A stretch of 20,000 nucleotides of DNA from Vezdaea acicularis (lineage: Eukaryota): contig JAPEUI010000092.1 of the NCBI GenBank assembly GCA_026025075.1, positions 44,753 through 64,752 on the forward strand, read 5' to 3'. Under the pieces are notes generated by a model. The model did no database searches and was not told the origin of the DNA. It saw only the letters and a program-made list of their open reading frames with translations. Made by a program: the position numbers and the translations under genes. Positions 9,846 to 20,000 of this stretch are shown piece by piece (position 1 is the stretch's first letter; each line of letters starts with the position of its first letter).

Positions 9846-11977
9846 ATGTCAGGTTTACGATCGAACAGAGGTCAGAAGAGGGGCTCAGAAACGCGAGGTT
9901 CCTCAATCTCCCCTCCACCTTCCAAGCGGAAAGTTCCAGGTAGCATGACGAGTAAGTTCTTTGAAGACATATACCAATCTCAGCTCCTTTCAGCCTGTTG
10001 AACTTGAAGTAGAGGATGCAGTTGCCAGTTTCTTTACGCCAAGTTCGAAGAAGGAACCGGAGAAGACAACATGGCAAACTCGTCATCAGACGCTGCTCGT
10101 GGCTACATATAACCAAGATACCAAAGAAGATAGCCTAGAAAAAAGTGTACAGCAGCGAAAAAAGCGGAAAGTTGCTGCGTTTGATCTGGTAACTACTATC
10201 CATGGTCACAGTATGTAAAATGGAATGAGCTCTATGTTAATGTCCGACTGCAGGATTCCACCCTCATTGCTACAGCAAGTGGGAAACGGTTCTCGAGTGA
10301 TGTTGGAGACTGGAAATGGTGGCATACAAGTGTACCGGAGACGTTGAAGTCATTGCTTAGCCAAGGGTACGGCCCATTTCGGCTTGAAGCCCCCCTTTCT
10401 CTACCAATGAATGCTAAGGTTGTCTATATGTAGCTACATAATTGTGGTCATGAGCAACCAAGGAGGGATCAAGCTGGGAGACCCAAAATTCGTTAAACAA
10501 GCGGAAAAACGTGTCAATAACTTCAAATCCAAAGTATCAGCCATACTGAGTCGCCTTGACATGCCAGTTACCCTCTATGCTGCCACAGGACAAGACAACT
10601 ATCGTAAGCCTTGCACCGGCATGTGGGATGAGATGCTCAAAGATCATGATTTACAAAGTGCTGGAAGCATTGACCTTAAGGCCTCATTCTTAGTTGGTGA
10701 CGCTGCGGGTCGTTTGGCTTATGGTAAGATGCCACAAGATCATTCTTGCTCGGACAGGTAAGTTTACCTGGTGAAGTCAAGAATTAAAGATAGTCACTCT
10801 AATGCCTCTCAAGAAATTTTGCTGCAAACGTCGGGATAGGGTTCCATACACCAGAAGAATACTTCGCCAAAGAGTCGCCGAGACCGTTCACTAGAGATTT
10901 TAATCCAGATGACTATATTGTTCAAGCTATAAACATCTTAGGTGACACTCTAGTCGAGATATCACCATGGATCATTAGCTAATAGTTCTCAGACCCGCCT
11001 ACCTTCAGCAAGGAGTTGCGTCAGGAGATCGCTCTCTTCTGTGGAAGTCCTGGCGCTGGCAAATCAACTTTCTACTGGAATTATCTGAAACCGCTGGGAT
11101 ACCAACGCGTCAATCAGGATATTCTGAAAAGTGTAGGTGGCGATCATTCCAACGGTTAAGGAGGGTTTCAGACAACCAACGCTCTCGGATATTTTCTTAA
11201 TTCTCATCACTACTTACATTGTATCATGTATCTGGCCATTACTAACATGCCCCCCACATCTTAAATTCTTAGGTGAAACCTTTTTAGACCATAGCTGACA
11301 ATCAATAGCGTAACAAATGTGTCCAAGCTGCGAAGGTATTTTTGAAAGACGGTAAATCAGTTGTAGTAGGTAAGCGTTTGATACCGGCCCCTTCTCTGAG
11401 CCTTGCACGAATATTGTCTCACGGTGAATGTGGTCTTTGATGCAGACAATACGAATGCCGAGCCAGACACACGAGCGATGTGGATACAGTTGGCTCAAGC
11501 GCATGCTATCCCAATACGATGCTTCTATTTTACAGCAGACCCGAACCTTTGCCGTCACAATAATGCTGTACGAGCTCTGAGCGGAGATCTGGTAAGTTCT
11601 TAACTTGATTGGAAGCTCTCACTCCTTCAGAGTAATTATAGTAGCTTGTATCAAGGCAAGTCCTTGCTGAACAAGTGGCGTATGCGACTAACAGTAGATC
11701 TTCGATAATATAGATGAACCCAGAGGATCGCACGATCCTTCCGCAGGTTGCGTTTACGAGCTTCAGGGCACGCTTACGCCCACCTACCAAGGAGGAAGGG
11801 TTTCAAGAGATTTTCAAGATTGACTTCAAGGTAAGTTCAGAAATCGCTATTCATCGGGCAGCCGTCAAGCTGCGATGCCGGACATATCTCCGAGAAGGAT
11901 TTGGCTGACAAAGATTACGCTGTCAGTTTGAGGGGAATGATGAGCAGCGGCTGGCATGGAGCAGGTTCTGGATCTGA
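9846..11977 (+). CDS. PNK1: Bifunctional polynucleotide 5'-kinase/3'-phosphatase, 453 aa, 10 exons
   Basis: Exons are 9846-9951, 10013-10188, 10254-10366, 10434-10757, 10814-10941, 10993-11132, 11309-11369, 11446-11591, 11714-11830 and 11927-11977 (1362 nt, all phases consistent). HAD phosphatase motifs are AAFDL|DSTLI (split by intron 2), DWKWW, SNQGG, YRKPCTGMW, VGDAAGR and DHSCSDRNFAANVGIGFHTPEEYF. Kinase motifs are the P-loop GSPGAGKST, RVNQDIL, VVDNTN, CRHNNAVR and PPTKEEGF. Confidence 0.93.
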
Positions 11978-14771
11978 CCGTGAAAATGCGTCAATTGTAG
12001 GTACAGCGCGTTCGATAAAAATCTGTGCAGCCTCGTGCATATTTACACTTTAGGATCAATTCCTAGATAGCGTGCGCGTTCCAGCATGAGACCCAACGCG
12101 GGGTGCATTGTGCACGTCCGTAACATGACACGCCCAATCTATCATGTCCAAGCGGTTTGCGCAATAGCTTCTGCAAGGCAAGCGACCTAGGCCTCAGCAT
12201 TCCGACTTTGCGCCGAGGGGACATCTGCCTACATGCGTTCTATTTTCTTCTTGATGCAGTCCCCGCCGCTCGTACACTTCAACAATACGGAGAAATGCGG
12301 AGGAATGCGGAGGAGTGCGCAGGGACGCTCGTGGTGACAGCTCCCCCAGCTTCGACAGGATAACGACGGTAGTACGACCCATCTACGTGCGGTCTACCTT
12401 GCTTCAAGGGCATTTGCGCAACATCAAGTTAGTATGACAGGCGTGGATGTTGGTATCGCAACCCTATTACGCCTACCACCAGCGCTGCCTATAGGCGGAA
12501 CGTGCAGCCATGCGCAGGTAAGAGGCTAACGGCAGTCCGACACGTTGCGCCAGGGCTGGGCGAGGCGGTCAAAGGCGGGTGAAAGTGGTGCAAACAAAAA
12601 CCCGCACAGTGCCTATTTGCACAAAGCTCGACAAACCTGCCGAGCACTCGCTAAAGCCAGTGAGTGGCCGGGCCGTCGCCACGCACAACGTTTTATGCAA
12701 GGACGAGATTCCTTTCACAACCTCCACCACTGTGGTTGGCCCAGCACATGCATTATGCATGTGGGAGCGAATACGGTGCTCTATACAGGAATTTCGAACG
12801 ATCACCATCGCGTCATTGGACCTTAGCTGTGTTGAATTTCCTGGTTCCCATCCTGATGAACGAATCACTTAGAAACAATAGGGGACGAGATTGTGAGACG
12901 CTCCTTCTATGAGCAACAGCGCGAAAGGCAATGAAAGAGCACCAAAGACTGGAAAAAAGCACAAAACACCTAAGTGACCTTTCCATAAGATCTTATCGTG
13001 GGTCCCATCAGGTGTTGACACCTCTCCTAGTGAGTCTGGACGGGTAGCGACATCTCTGGCATACGTGGGTCAAACGCGTATGATTAGTTGATTGTCACAT
13101 CACACTACAACTCTGGCTCTCCTCGACCATTAACCCTTTGCTTCTGACAATACCCGCTGATACGCAAGGGTTGTTTTGTACAGGGTCTACCTAATCTATG
13201 CGGGCAGATGAGGTCTACCATTCCACTGCCTTTTCATGGTAAAGCCGAGAAAGAAGGGTCCATGTGTAAAGGTTGTGAAGCGACGTGTTGGCCAATATTG
13301 CCAAGCATTGGGCATGCAGCCGAAGGAAGCTGCCCGTGCGCTCAATTGGCCCACGAAAACCGGGATCAAGCCTGAGCCACGGACCGTTACTTTATTCGAA
13401 GCAAAACAGGATGATCGCTGCCCTTCCGAACCGGCAGTTATGGGCCTTCAGTTTGGAGCGCAGGAACTTCCTCAAAGTCCCTTCAAGCGAGCAGACACCT
13501 CTGGATCTGTTTATCCCTCTGGAACGCCCATCGCTGAGCTTGCCAAGCTCACGAACTTCGAGCTGGGGAGGTGAGGTCACGCAATGGCCCTTGCGATCTT
13601 GCCAGCACATCCGGGTATTCCGCTGCTGAGTTGTACGGAGGTTCTCGTGGAGCCTTGGACGACACGCTTTTAGGCTGGTCAAAGGACCGAAGGCATTCGT
13701 TCTCCCACTTGGGACTCGGTTTCGAGGAGGATTAGCACCATAGACTATGCTTACCCTGACCTGCATCTTTCTGTACATACGCGGGACTGGGACCAGGACA
13801 TAAGCTGCTTCTAAAGATATCAAGCTCCACTGGTCAAGGGTGGATCTGGCCATCCGAAGCTTCGTTCTGCTTGAACCACCTTGCAATCAGCCAGGGCGTT
13901 GAGGGCTCTTAGTGCTGAGCATGCGCTCTCCTCGCCGACGTCGGATCATTCTCAAACTCACTTCACAAGCACTTTGATGCCCATAAGCTGGGCGAGAGAA
14001 CGGGCGGACCCCAAAAGCGGCGGTCAGTATAGTTCCGATCCTTCTAAGCAGCAGAGCCGACGGTTATGATTGGCCGCCCGCTCCGAAGGAATCTTGGGTC
14101 TGACGCCCCACCGATTGCTCCCGCTGTAGGTACGCGAGACATGCAGCGCTTGTTTGGGGCACCGTCAAGACGGTGTGGAATGCGGTCGCGCTCTGCGTCG
14201 AACGAGAACAAAGGACGGCTTTTACCTAGGAGTACATCGGTTCGGATGGTAGGAAGAATCGGATGGGGCACCTTTATGGTTGACGATGCGTTATCCTCGA
14301 CCCATGGAGACCAGGCTTGCGAGGTTTGCCATCAGCACATGTTTGTTTGCACACCCCCTTGGCGTGAGGTGGAGACTGTGTGGAGCAGCACTAGATCGCG
14401 GCAGTCTCTTCCCCCGAGCGAGGGCTCTTCAGCATCGTGTCTCTTACAAGCGCATCGCCATGACATCAAAAACATCTGTGGAAGCCCACATTGGCGGGAA
14501 TCTAATCGCGATAAGCTACCCAAGCTACTGAAGCTAGGCGTAGGGGCAACGGTTTTCCGCTCCTGGCTAAGAATTTAGACTCGTCGGAATGGACTTACCG
14601 GCCGGGTCCCAGGAAAAGTGGGAAGAAACCCGCTAGGCCCTCGCCCTTTTTCTCGCCTTTTTTATGAGACGGCGACGGTGATTGGCCACATTGCCCCACT
14701 TGACTGGGTCCGCCGGTCACTTTTGCTTTTAGACCAGTCGTCTGATTAGAACTTTGCGCTGTCTCGAACCC

Positions 14772-14781
14772 GGGGGGGGGG
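14772..14781. repeat. Poly-G homopolymer (G10)
   Basis: Ten consecutive G read directly from the sequence. Confidence 0.85.
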
Positions 14782-14954
14782 AATGCCTCGAAGAAGACCT
14801 CCCACCTCGATCTCTTCGTCATCACCGCTCTTCGACGTGCGCAGTCCTATTCGAGGGCTTCCGTCTTGGCCTTGCTACCGTCACACTTGTCTCGATCATG
14901 GAATTTGACACGTCCGCCAAGGTAGTCACGAGGTATCCGCATTACACCTGGCTC

Positions 14955-14957
<3 letters not shown>

Positions 14958-14988
<31 letters not shown>
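14958..14988. repeat. (GA)15 microsatellite
   Basis: Perfect 31-nt GAGAGA...G run, about 1.05 kb upstream of the ATG at 16028. Confidence 0.95.
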
Positions 14989-14990
<2 letters not shown>

Positions 14991-16027
14991 AGGTGAGAAG
15001 AAAAGGGAATGGTACAAGTCAGAAGTCCCTCGTCGTGCTGGGTGCACCCGATGTGCAGGGACGCGGAGGCGATGGAAGCCACATCACCCACGTCCCTTGT
15101 TCCTGCCACACCACCCAGGCCTTCTCCCACACCTTCGCACCCTGACCAGCACACCCTGTTCATGCCCCGGCGAGAGAGGGACGGTTGCGCCGCATGACTA
15201 AACGTCGTGGCTGCTCGGCCTTCGTTGATGAATCCTTTCGAGCGCGACGGGCTTGGGTGAACAGCGACCCAGGATGTGATCTAGGATTCCGAGGAGCAGA
15301 GGAAGGCCTCCCCCGTCCTATACTCTCCACCATCGCTGTTCCCGTACACACTCTCTAGCCTACCATTGGATCGCTCGCTCTACTTGCCCCGGTGCGCCCC
15401 ACCGACCACTGTCGGGCATCTGGGACGTGCCCGTCGAAGGACGTAATGTTGTGCGAGGAGCGCGAGCGGAGTCAAAATGGGAGAAGAAGGTTAAGAGCGA
15501 ACGGACAAGGCGTTAGTCATGCCATGTTCCATCCCATCGGTACCTTGCGAAGTCACTGCATTTCCACGCACGGAGCCGGGCCCTTTTGCGCCCACCACAA
15601 AAGCAAAGTGCGCCCGCTCCCACGCTGGCCGTCTTGCGAGAGTTTTCATACAATTGCTCCACGTCCCTTCTTTGCTCTCTTTCCTGGCTAACAATTGCAG
15701 CCCCGTGGTGGTAGACTCCCGTCTCGAACGAGTCTGCTGTCTACCAAAGCAGGCTTCGTGCTGTGCGTGTTTCTCGTTTCGGTCCTCTGAAACATTGTAT
15801 TGGATGTGCGACGCTGACGAGCGACCAGAAAAAAGTTCGCGACACGCTCGTACCTGCGTCCAAACAATACTTGGAGCGCCTCTCTGTCGTGGCACCACCC
15901 CTCGGACACACCGCACTGTCTATACCTTCGGCCGACGCTCCCCACCTCAGACTATGGCGCTCTGCATCCGCTGAGAGCAGCAGATTCGAAATAACATTAT
16001 AGAAAATTTGCTTTCTACGAAGCAACA

Positions 16028-17725
16028 ATGCCGGAAACTTTGCGACCATTGTTGCTACCGAAGCTTGTAGAGAAGAAAAAAGCTGGAGAGAGGGCAGAGA
16101 TCGATAGAGATCCTGGCGCAGATCTTTCGTCGTCGTTTTATACGCAGAATTCGTCAAGTTCCGAATTCTCGATGCCTTCAACACCTACATTCTCCACCAG
16201 GGGACATTCCCGGCTACCGAGTTCGACATCGTCCCTTGAGAGCTCGTTTCAGACATTTCCCGGATTGGTCCCATCATCACCGACTTCTTATGATCGGTCT
16301 GACACCTTGAACTCGGCGAAGCGATCCTTGCCAGATGTGGAAGAAGAACCACAAGAGCAGGACGAGGACTACGACATGTTCGATGATACTAGCGATCTCT
16401 ATGATTGCTCAACCTGTAAGCTTTTCTTCAACGCTCGTTCCTGATATCAATACATGTGACTCACTTGGTTTGATGTTATAGGTGATCGTGAGGAACATTA
16501 TCATGTCCAGGAGTCGGCGATCCATCCATCGTACGCTTCATCACCTGAAATGGCGTACGACCTCGCAGACGGCTTTCTCAGTGATTGCGATAATTCATTG
16601 AGCCCCCGCGTGAAGAAACGTCGTTCGGGCGATTCAACCTTCACTGGAATCACAAGTCGGCTTGTTGACCACTTCCCATCTTTCTCGCGTCGCTGGCGGG
16701 AACGCAAGACGAGTCTTGCAAGGGTCAGGGTTGATACCCTGCGCGACTCGGCGCCTTCACGCGCCTGTTCAAGTCGCTCACCATCGTTAACAAGCATAAT
16801 CGGCGTTATGAAGGCTGATCAGCTCGAAATGCAATTGCCCTCATCTCCTAGATTGAGCTTGGTTGAAGAGCCAAAGAGCGCTGCAGGACCTGAGCCAATA
16901 AACATTCGGGAAAGAGTTGTCGATCCAGACGAAGAAAACCATGGCCTAGCGACAACACCACTGCTACCGCCCTTGATGGTACCTGAATCTTCGTCGGCTG
17001 CGATCGTGCAGTCACCTTTGCAGTCACCAACTGTTGCTGAGCCACGAGAGTCATTCTCACTAGTCAACACACCTATTCACACACCCACAGTCGCTGGGGC
17101 ATCCTCACCGCTACTCTCAAATAGACCCTCAATCTCCTCATTCCATCGCCAACACCTCAATCACCTATCACCCTCGAGCGAGATTCCCCCGATATTCATT
17201 GCCGATATTGGTGACGAGTGGGCAAACAAACTTGGCCACGCGAATTATAATATCCACCCCGAACCTTATCTCCCCGACGCCTTTGATCTACACGCCTGCA
17301 AAGAATTACGGAGTAATTGGGAACAGGCGCGCACTAATTATACCAAACACCTCGTCCGGACCGGTGAACACTACGGCACTACTTCCAACATATATAGGCT
17401 CACGGAAGAGAAATGGCTCGAGGTTGACGCCGAGTGGAAGAAGAACAACGACTTTGTAGTTGCCAAAGTCTCTGAAAACGCCGAAGATGCAATGCATCTT
17501 CGACAGAACACATCTGAACCTTGCGCACTCATGAAGATCCCGTCACTCAACGATCCAAAAGGAAAGTTCCCAAAGCTTGGCGACGAAGAGATCGTCGGTC
17601 CGATGGTTCAGCACGCATCGCTACTGCAACGGAAACCCTCGAAGAAAGCGAAACTCTTGAAGTTTCTGCAAGATGTCAAGTTCCCATCCGGCGTCATGAT
17701 GGGGCGATCTGACAAGTCGACATAA
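16028..17725 (+). CDS. Ser/Pro-rich fungal protein of unknown function, 543 aa, 2 exons
   Basis: Exons are 16028-16415 and 16482-17725; the phase-1 intron GTAAGC..CTCAC..TAG joins the two track ORFs in frame. The start has a good ACAATG context. The protein is largely low-complexity S/P, with an ordered C-terminal block: DEWANKLGHANYNIHPEPYLP...WEQARTNYTKHLVRTGEHYGTTSNIYRLTEEKW...LNDPKGKFPKLGDEEIVGPM. From memory this block resembles a Pezizomycotina hypothetical-protein family. Confidence 0.85.
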
Positions 17726-18264
17726 ACCTTAGCGCTTTCCCGCAGCTTCAACAGCGAGTTGTTAACCTTCCTTTTTAATTTGTCTAATACACGGTCGACA
17801 CACGAATTTCCTTCTCTTATGATACACTCCTTAGATCCTGTTCTCCTTTGTAAAGATACCCAGAAAGTTGGTCATCTCACGATTCTCCTAGTCTTAGAGT
17901 TGTCGGCGACAACGTGTGCATAGAGAGGACAGCGTTTGGGTTTGGGACGGTAGAAAAGGAGGGGGAAAGAAAGGAAAAGTTCACGGCTGGCGCAAAACCA
18001 CTTTCCCTTTGTTTGACACGGGCTTGTCAGCCATCTTCCCTTGCGTATTTGAAGTTGTATTGGCGGCTATGACCTGTTGCACACTCGGAGAGATGTCAAC
18101 ACGGGAAAGCGCAGTCTTATCAGAGATGCTCGTTTCGCTCTGAGAGCGGGGCAATACCATATATTTGCCATATGCCTCTTCGCTGAGTTAATCCGTGCCC
18201 CTTCGACCCCAACGCCTGCCGGATACACACCCCTGCTAGCTTCAACTGATCCGCTCCAAGGCTC

Positions 18265-18284
18265 TTCGCGTACACTTTCGCGTA
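18265..18284. promoter_or_regulatory. Tandem MCB/SCB-like elements (TTCGCGTA x2) upstream of RTT106
   Basis: TTCGCGTA at 18265-18272 and TTTCGCGTA at 18276-18284 (reverse complement TACGCGAAA, containing the SCB consensus CRCGAAA). They lie about 110-130 nt before the ATG of a replication-coupled histone chaperone. Confidence 0.45.
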
Positions 18285-18395
18285 TCATGTCCCGTTGAAC
18301 CTCAAGCCCTTGTAATTGTAATAGTCCATGCTCCTGAATTACTTGATTGCTTTGCTTCTAGCCCATCGGGCGGTTCAGCAGTCACCTTGTTGTTG

Positions 18396-19812
18396 ATGGC
18401 CGACGCTCGGTTGATAGATTCTGCCTTCAGGCAGGATCCAACCCTCCTGAAAGCCGTCCTCGATGCGATAGGTACTGCGCGCGTCCCATTTAACATCGCA
18501 AACCTCCAGCCTAAACACTGTTTTGCTGATCTTCATCCTCTCTTCTAGCTCAAACGCCCCAGCAAGCCCCTCTATTTAATTCCATATCACGCCATGTCCT
18601 TAATGTCTCCTCCTCTTCGTTCTCGGAAAACGGTCCTGCGGCTAAAAAGAGACGGTTGGATGTGCCATCTGGGAATGACCTCGCCCATCGCCCATCGACC
18701 GAAATACCAAAATGGAGAGATCCTCAAGAGCACGCTGATACTGTTATACCAGATCTCTCATTCTCCATCCCACAGCGGAAGAAATTGACGCTTGAGTTCA
18801 CGGACAACGGAGTCCGCGCAAAGAATCCCTCCACTCAAGGTATAGAATTTGGCGTCTCCTGGGGTGACATCGGTATTCCTCCCCCTATAACCTCCTCTCG
18901 TTTGAAGCCCCTTGCTGACCAAACAATTCTCCAGAGCATATAGCCCTCGTCCCTGTCCCGGACAAAGCAGCCCGTTTCCTCAACCTGATCATCTTTCCCT
19001 GCTACTCCAGCGGCATCCCCTCTACCACATCAATGGCTACTGAACCAATCCTCATTTCTTTCCCCGAACAACCTCCGAATACACCAACTGGACTGCCCCT
19101 TGGAACCACAAAGACTACCTTCACAGCATTGCAAATCATCAACTGCCACCCCTCCCTCAAACAAGCGAACCAGCCCACCGCCGACGAATTCGCCTCCGCC
19201 ATCCCACAGCCCCATCGCAAAGACGAACCAGCCTACCATGCAAAATGCTTCCGCGGCACTAAAGACGGCTATCTATTCTTCCTCCCTGGCGGCCTCCTGT
19301 GGTGTTTCAAGAAACCACTTCTCTTCGCCAGCTTCGCCGCTATCGAGAGCGTGAGCTACACCTCCATCCTACAACGCACCTTCAATCTCGTCGTCAGTCT
19401 GCAGGACACATCCAGCGATGGGGCCACGAAAGAAGAGGTGGAGTTCTCCATGATCGACCAAGCGGAATTCGCCGGCGTCGACGCATGGGTCAAGAAGCAC
19501 GCGCTTGACGATAAGAGTCTGGCCGCAGAGCGGAGAGCGAAGAAAGAGGGCGTAAACGGCGCCGCTACCACAGGCGAGGAGCCTGAGGAGGAGGAAGGTG
19601 GAGAAATCGCAAAGGCCGTGCAGCAACTCGAAGATGAAGAAGATGAGGAGGAGGAAGATTATGACCCCGGTAGCGAGGGTGAGAGCGAGGGTAGCGGCTC
19701 GAGCACCGACGACGATGCAGACCAAGATGGACCTGATGGACCCGATCTTGTGGAGAAGGAGTTGGGGAGTGAAGCCGAAGATGTGGAACTGAGTGACGCG
19801 GAGGAAAAGTAA
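18396..19812 (+). CDS. RTT106: Histone chaperone Rtt106 (double PH domain, acidic tail), 425 aa, 3 exons
   Basis: Exons are 18396-18471, 18549-18872 and 18935-19812. Introns are GTACTG..GCTGAT..TAG and GTATTC..GCTGAC..CAG, both phase 1. Motifs include the NLS PAAKKRRL, DLSFSIPQRKKLTLE, VPVPDKA, HAKCFRGTKDGYLFFLPGGLLWCFKKPLLF, SVSYTSILQRTFNL and EFSMIDQAEF, followed by a D/E-rich C-terminus (DEEDEEEEDYDPGSEGESEGSG). Confidence 0.93.
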
Positions 19813-20000
19813 TGGGGGACCTCCCATTATGTCCCGGGATGCCCCCACTATTGTATATACCCCTGGATTCGTTTTACGACTGGCCCTTAGCCCCATGGAA
19901 TAGATCTTTGCTCTCCTCCCCCCCTTTCTCCGCTTGCTGAGGATATGAAATGCAGCTCATGCATCTATGCTGATCTAGCTGCGCGTCTCTTCACCTTCTC

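Noticed and set aside
11131..11308. Classical [D2,3] stwintron reading of GT-GTAGGT in PNK1 intron 6
   Set aside because: Removing the internal intron would give a poor GTGTGA donor and break the reading frame with exon 7.
12518..12535. 18-nt 'complete intron' GTAAGAG-GCTAAC-GGCAG
   Set aside because: It is far below spliceable length for ascomycetes. At most the signals belong to different overlapping introns.
14752..14800. GGTTCGAGAC B-box-like motif on the minus strand suggesting a tRNA
   Set aside because: The T-arm stem cannot pair (CCGGG vs CAGCG), and there is no acceptor stem or A-box/D-arm.
13881..16002. Overlapping ORFs in the distal spacer, e.g. 14066-14578, 15519-15974 and the ERERER frames
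   Set aside because: There are no domain motifs, and the ER/SL repeats are just translations of the GA microsatellite. This is most likely promoter and 5' leader.
1..20000. Transposon, RIP-degraded repeat, CRISPR array, secondary-metabolite cluster or bacterial contamination (prompted by the MHYT domain)
   Set aside because: I saw no transposase/RT motifs, terminal repeats, AT-rich RIP blocks, repeat-spacer arrays or PKS/NRPS genes. The MHYT gene has three spliceosomal introns and fungal neighbours.

Overview
Eukaryotic DNA from a filamentous ascomycete (Pezizomycotina-type GT..CTRAY..YAG introns, mostly 50-120 nt). Six protein-coding genes could be reconstructed by hand with splice phases checked. 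(1) CIA1, a WD40 cytosolic Fe-S assembly factor on the minus strand; it is intronless here, runs off the left edge and is absent from the ORF track. (2) A divergently transcribed SRD5A/DET2-like steroid 5-alpha-reductase. (3) An 836-aa membrane sensor with a bacterial-type MHYT domain fused to a large uncharacterised cytoplasmic region. (4) A 10-exon polynucleotide kinase/3'-phosphatase (PNK1/PNKP). (5) A 543-aa Ser/Pro-rich protein of unknown function. (6) The histone chaperone RTT106. Long apparently non-coding spacers lie at 2628-5505, 8220-9845 and 11978-16027. I saw no rRNA, tRNA, CRISPR array or transposon. The best lead for an undescribed system is the MHYT sensor, whose cytoplasmic part may be two degenerate Nudix-like domains (inference) and whose leader carries candidate uORFs. 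The second lead is PNK1 intron 6, which has a duplicated branch/acceptor set and an internal AG|GT junction.
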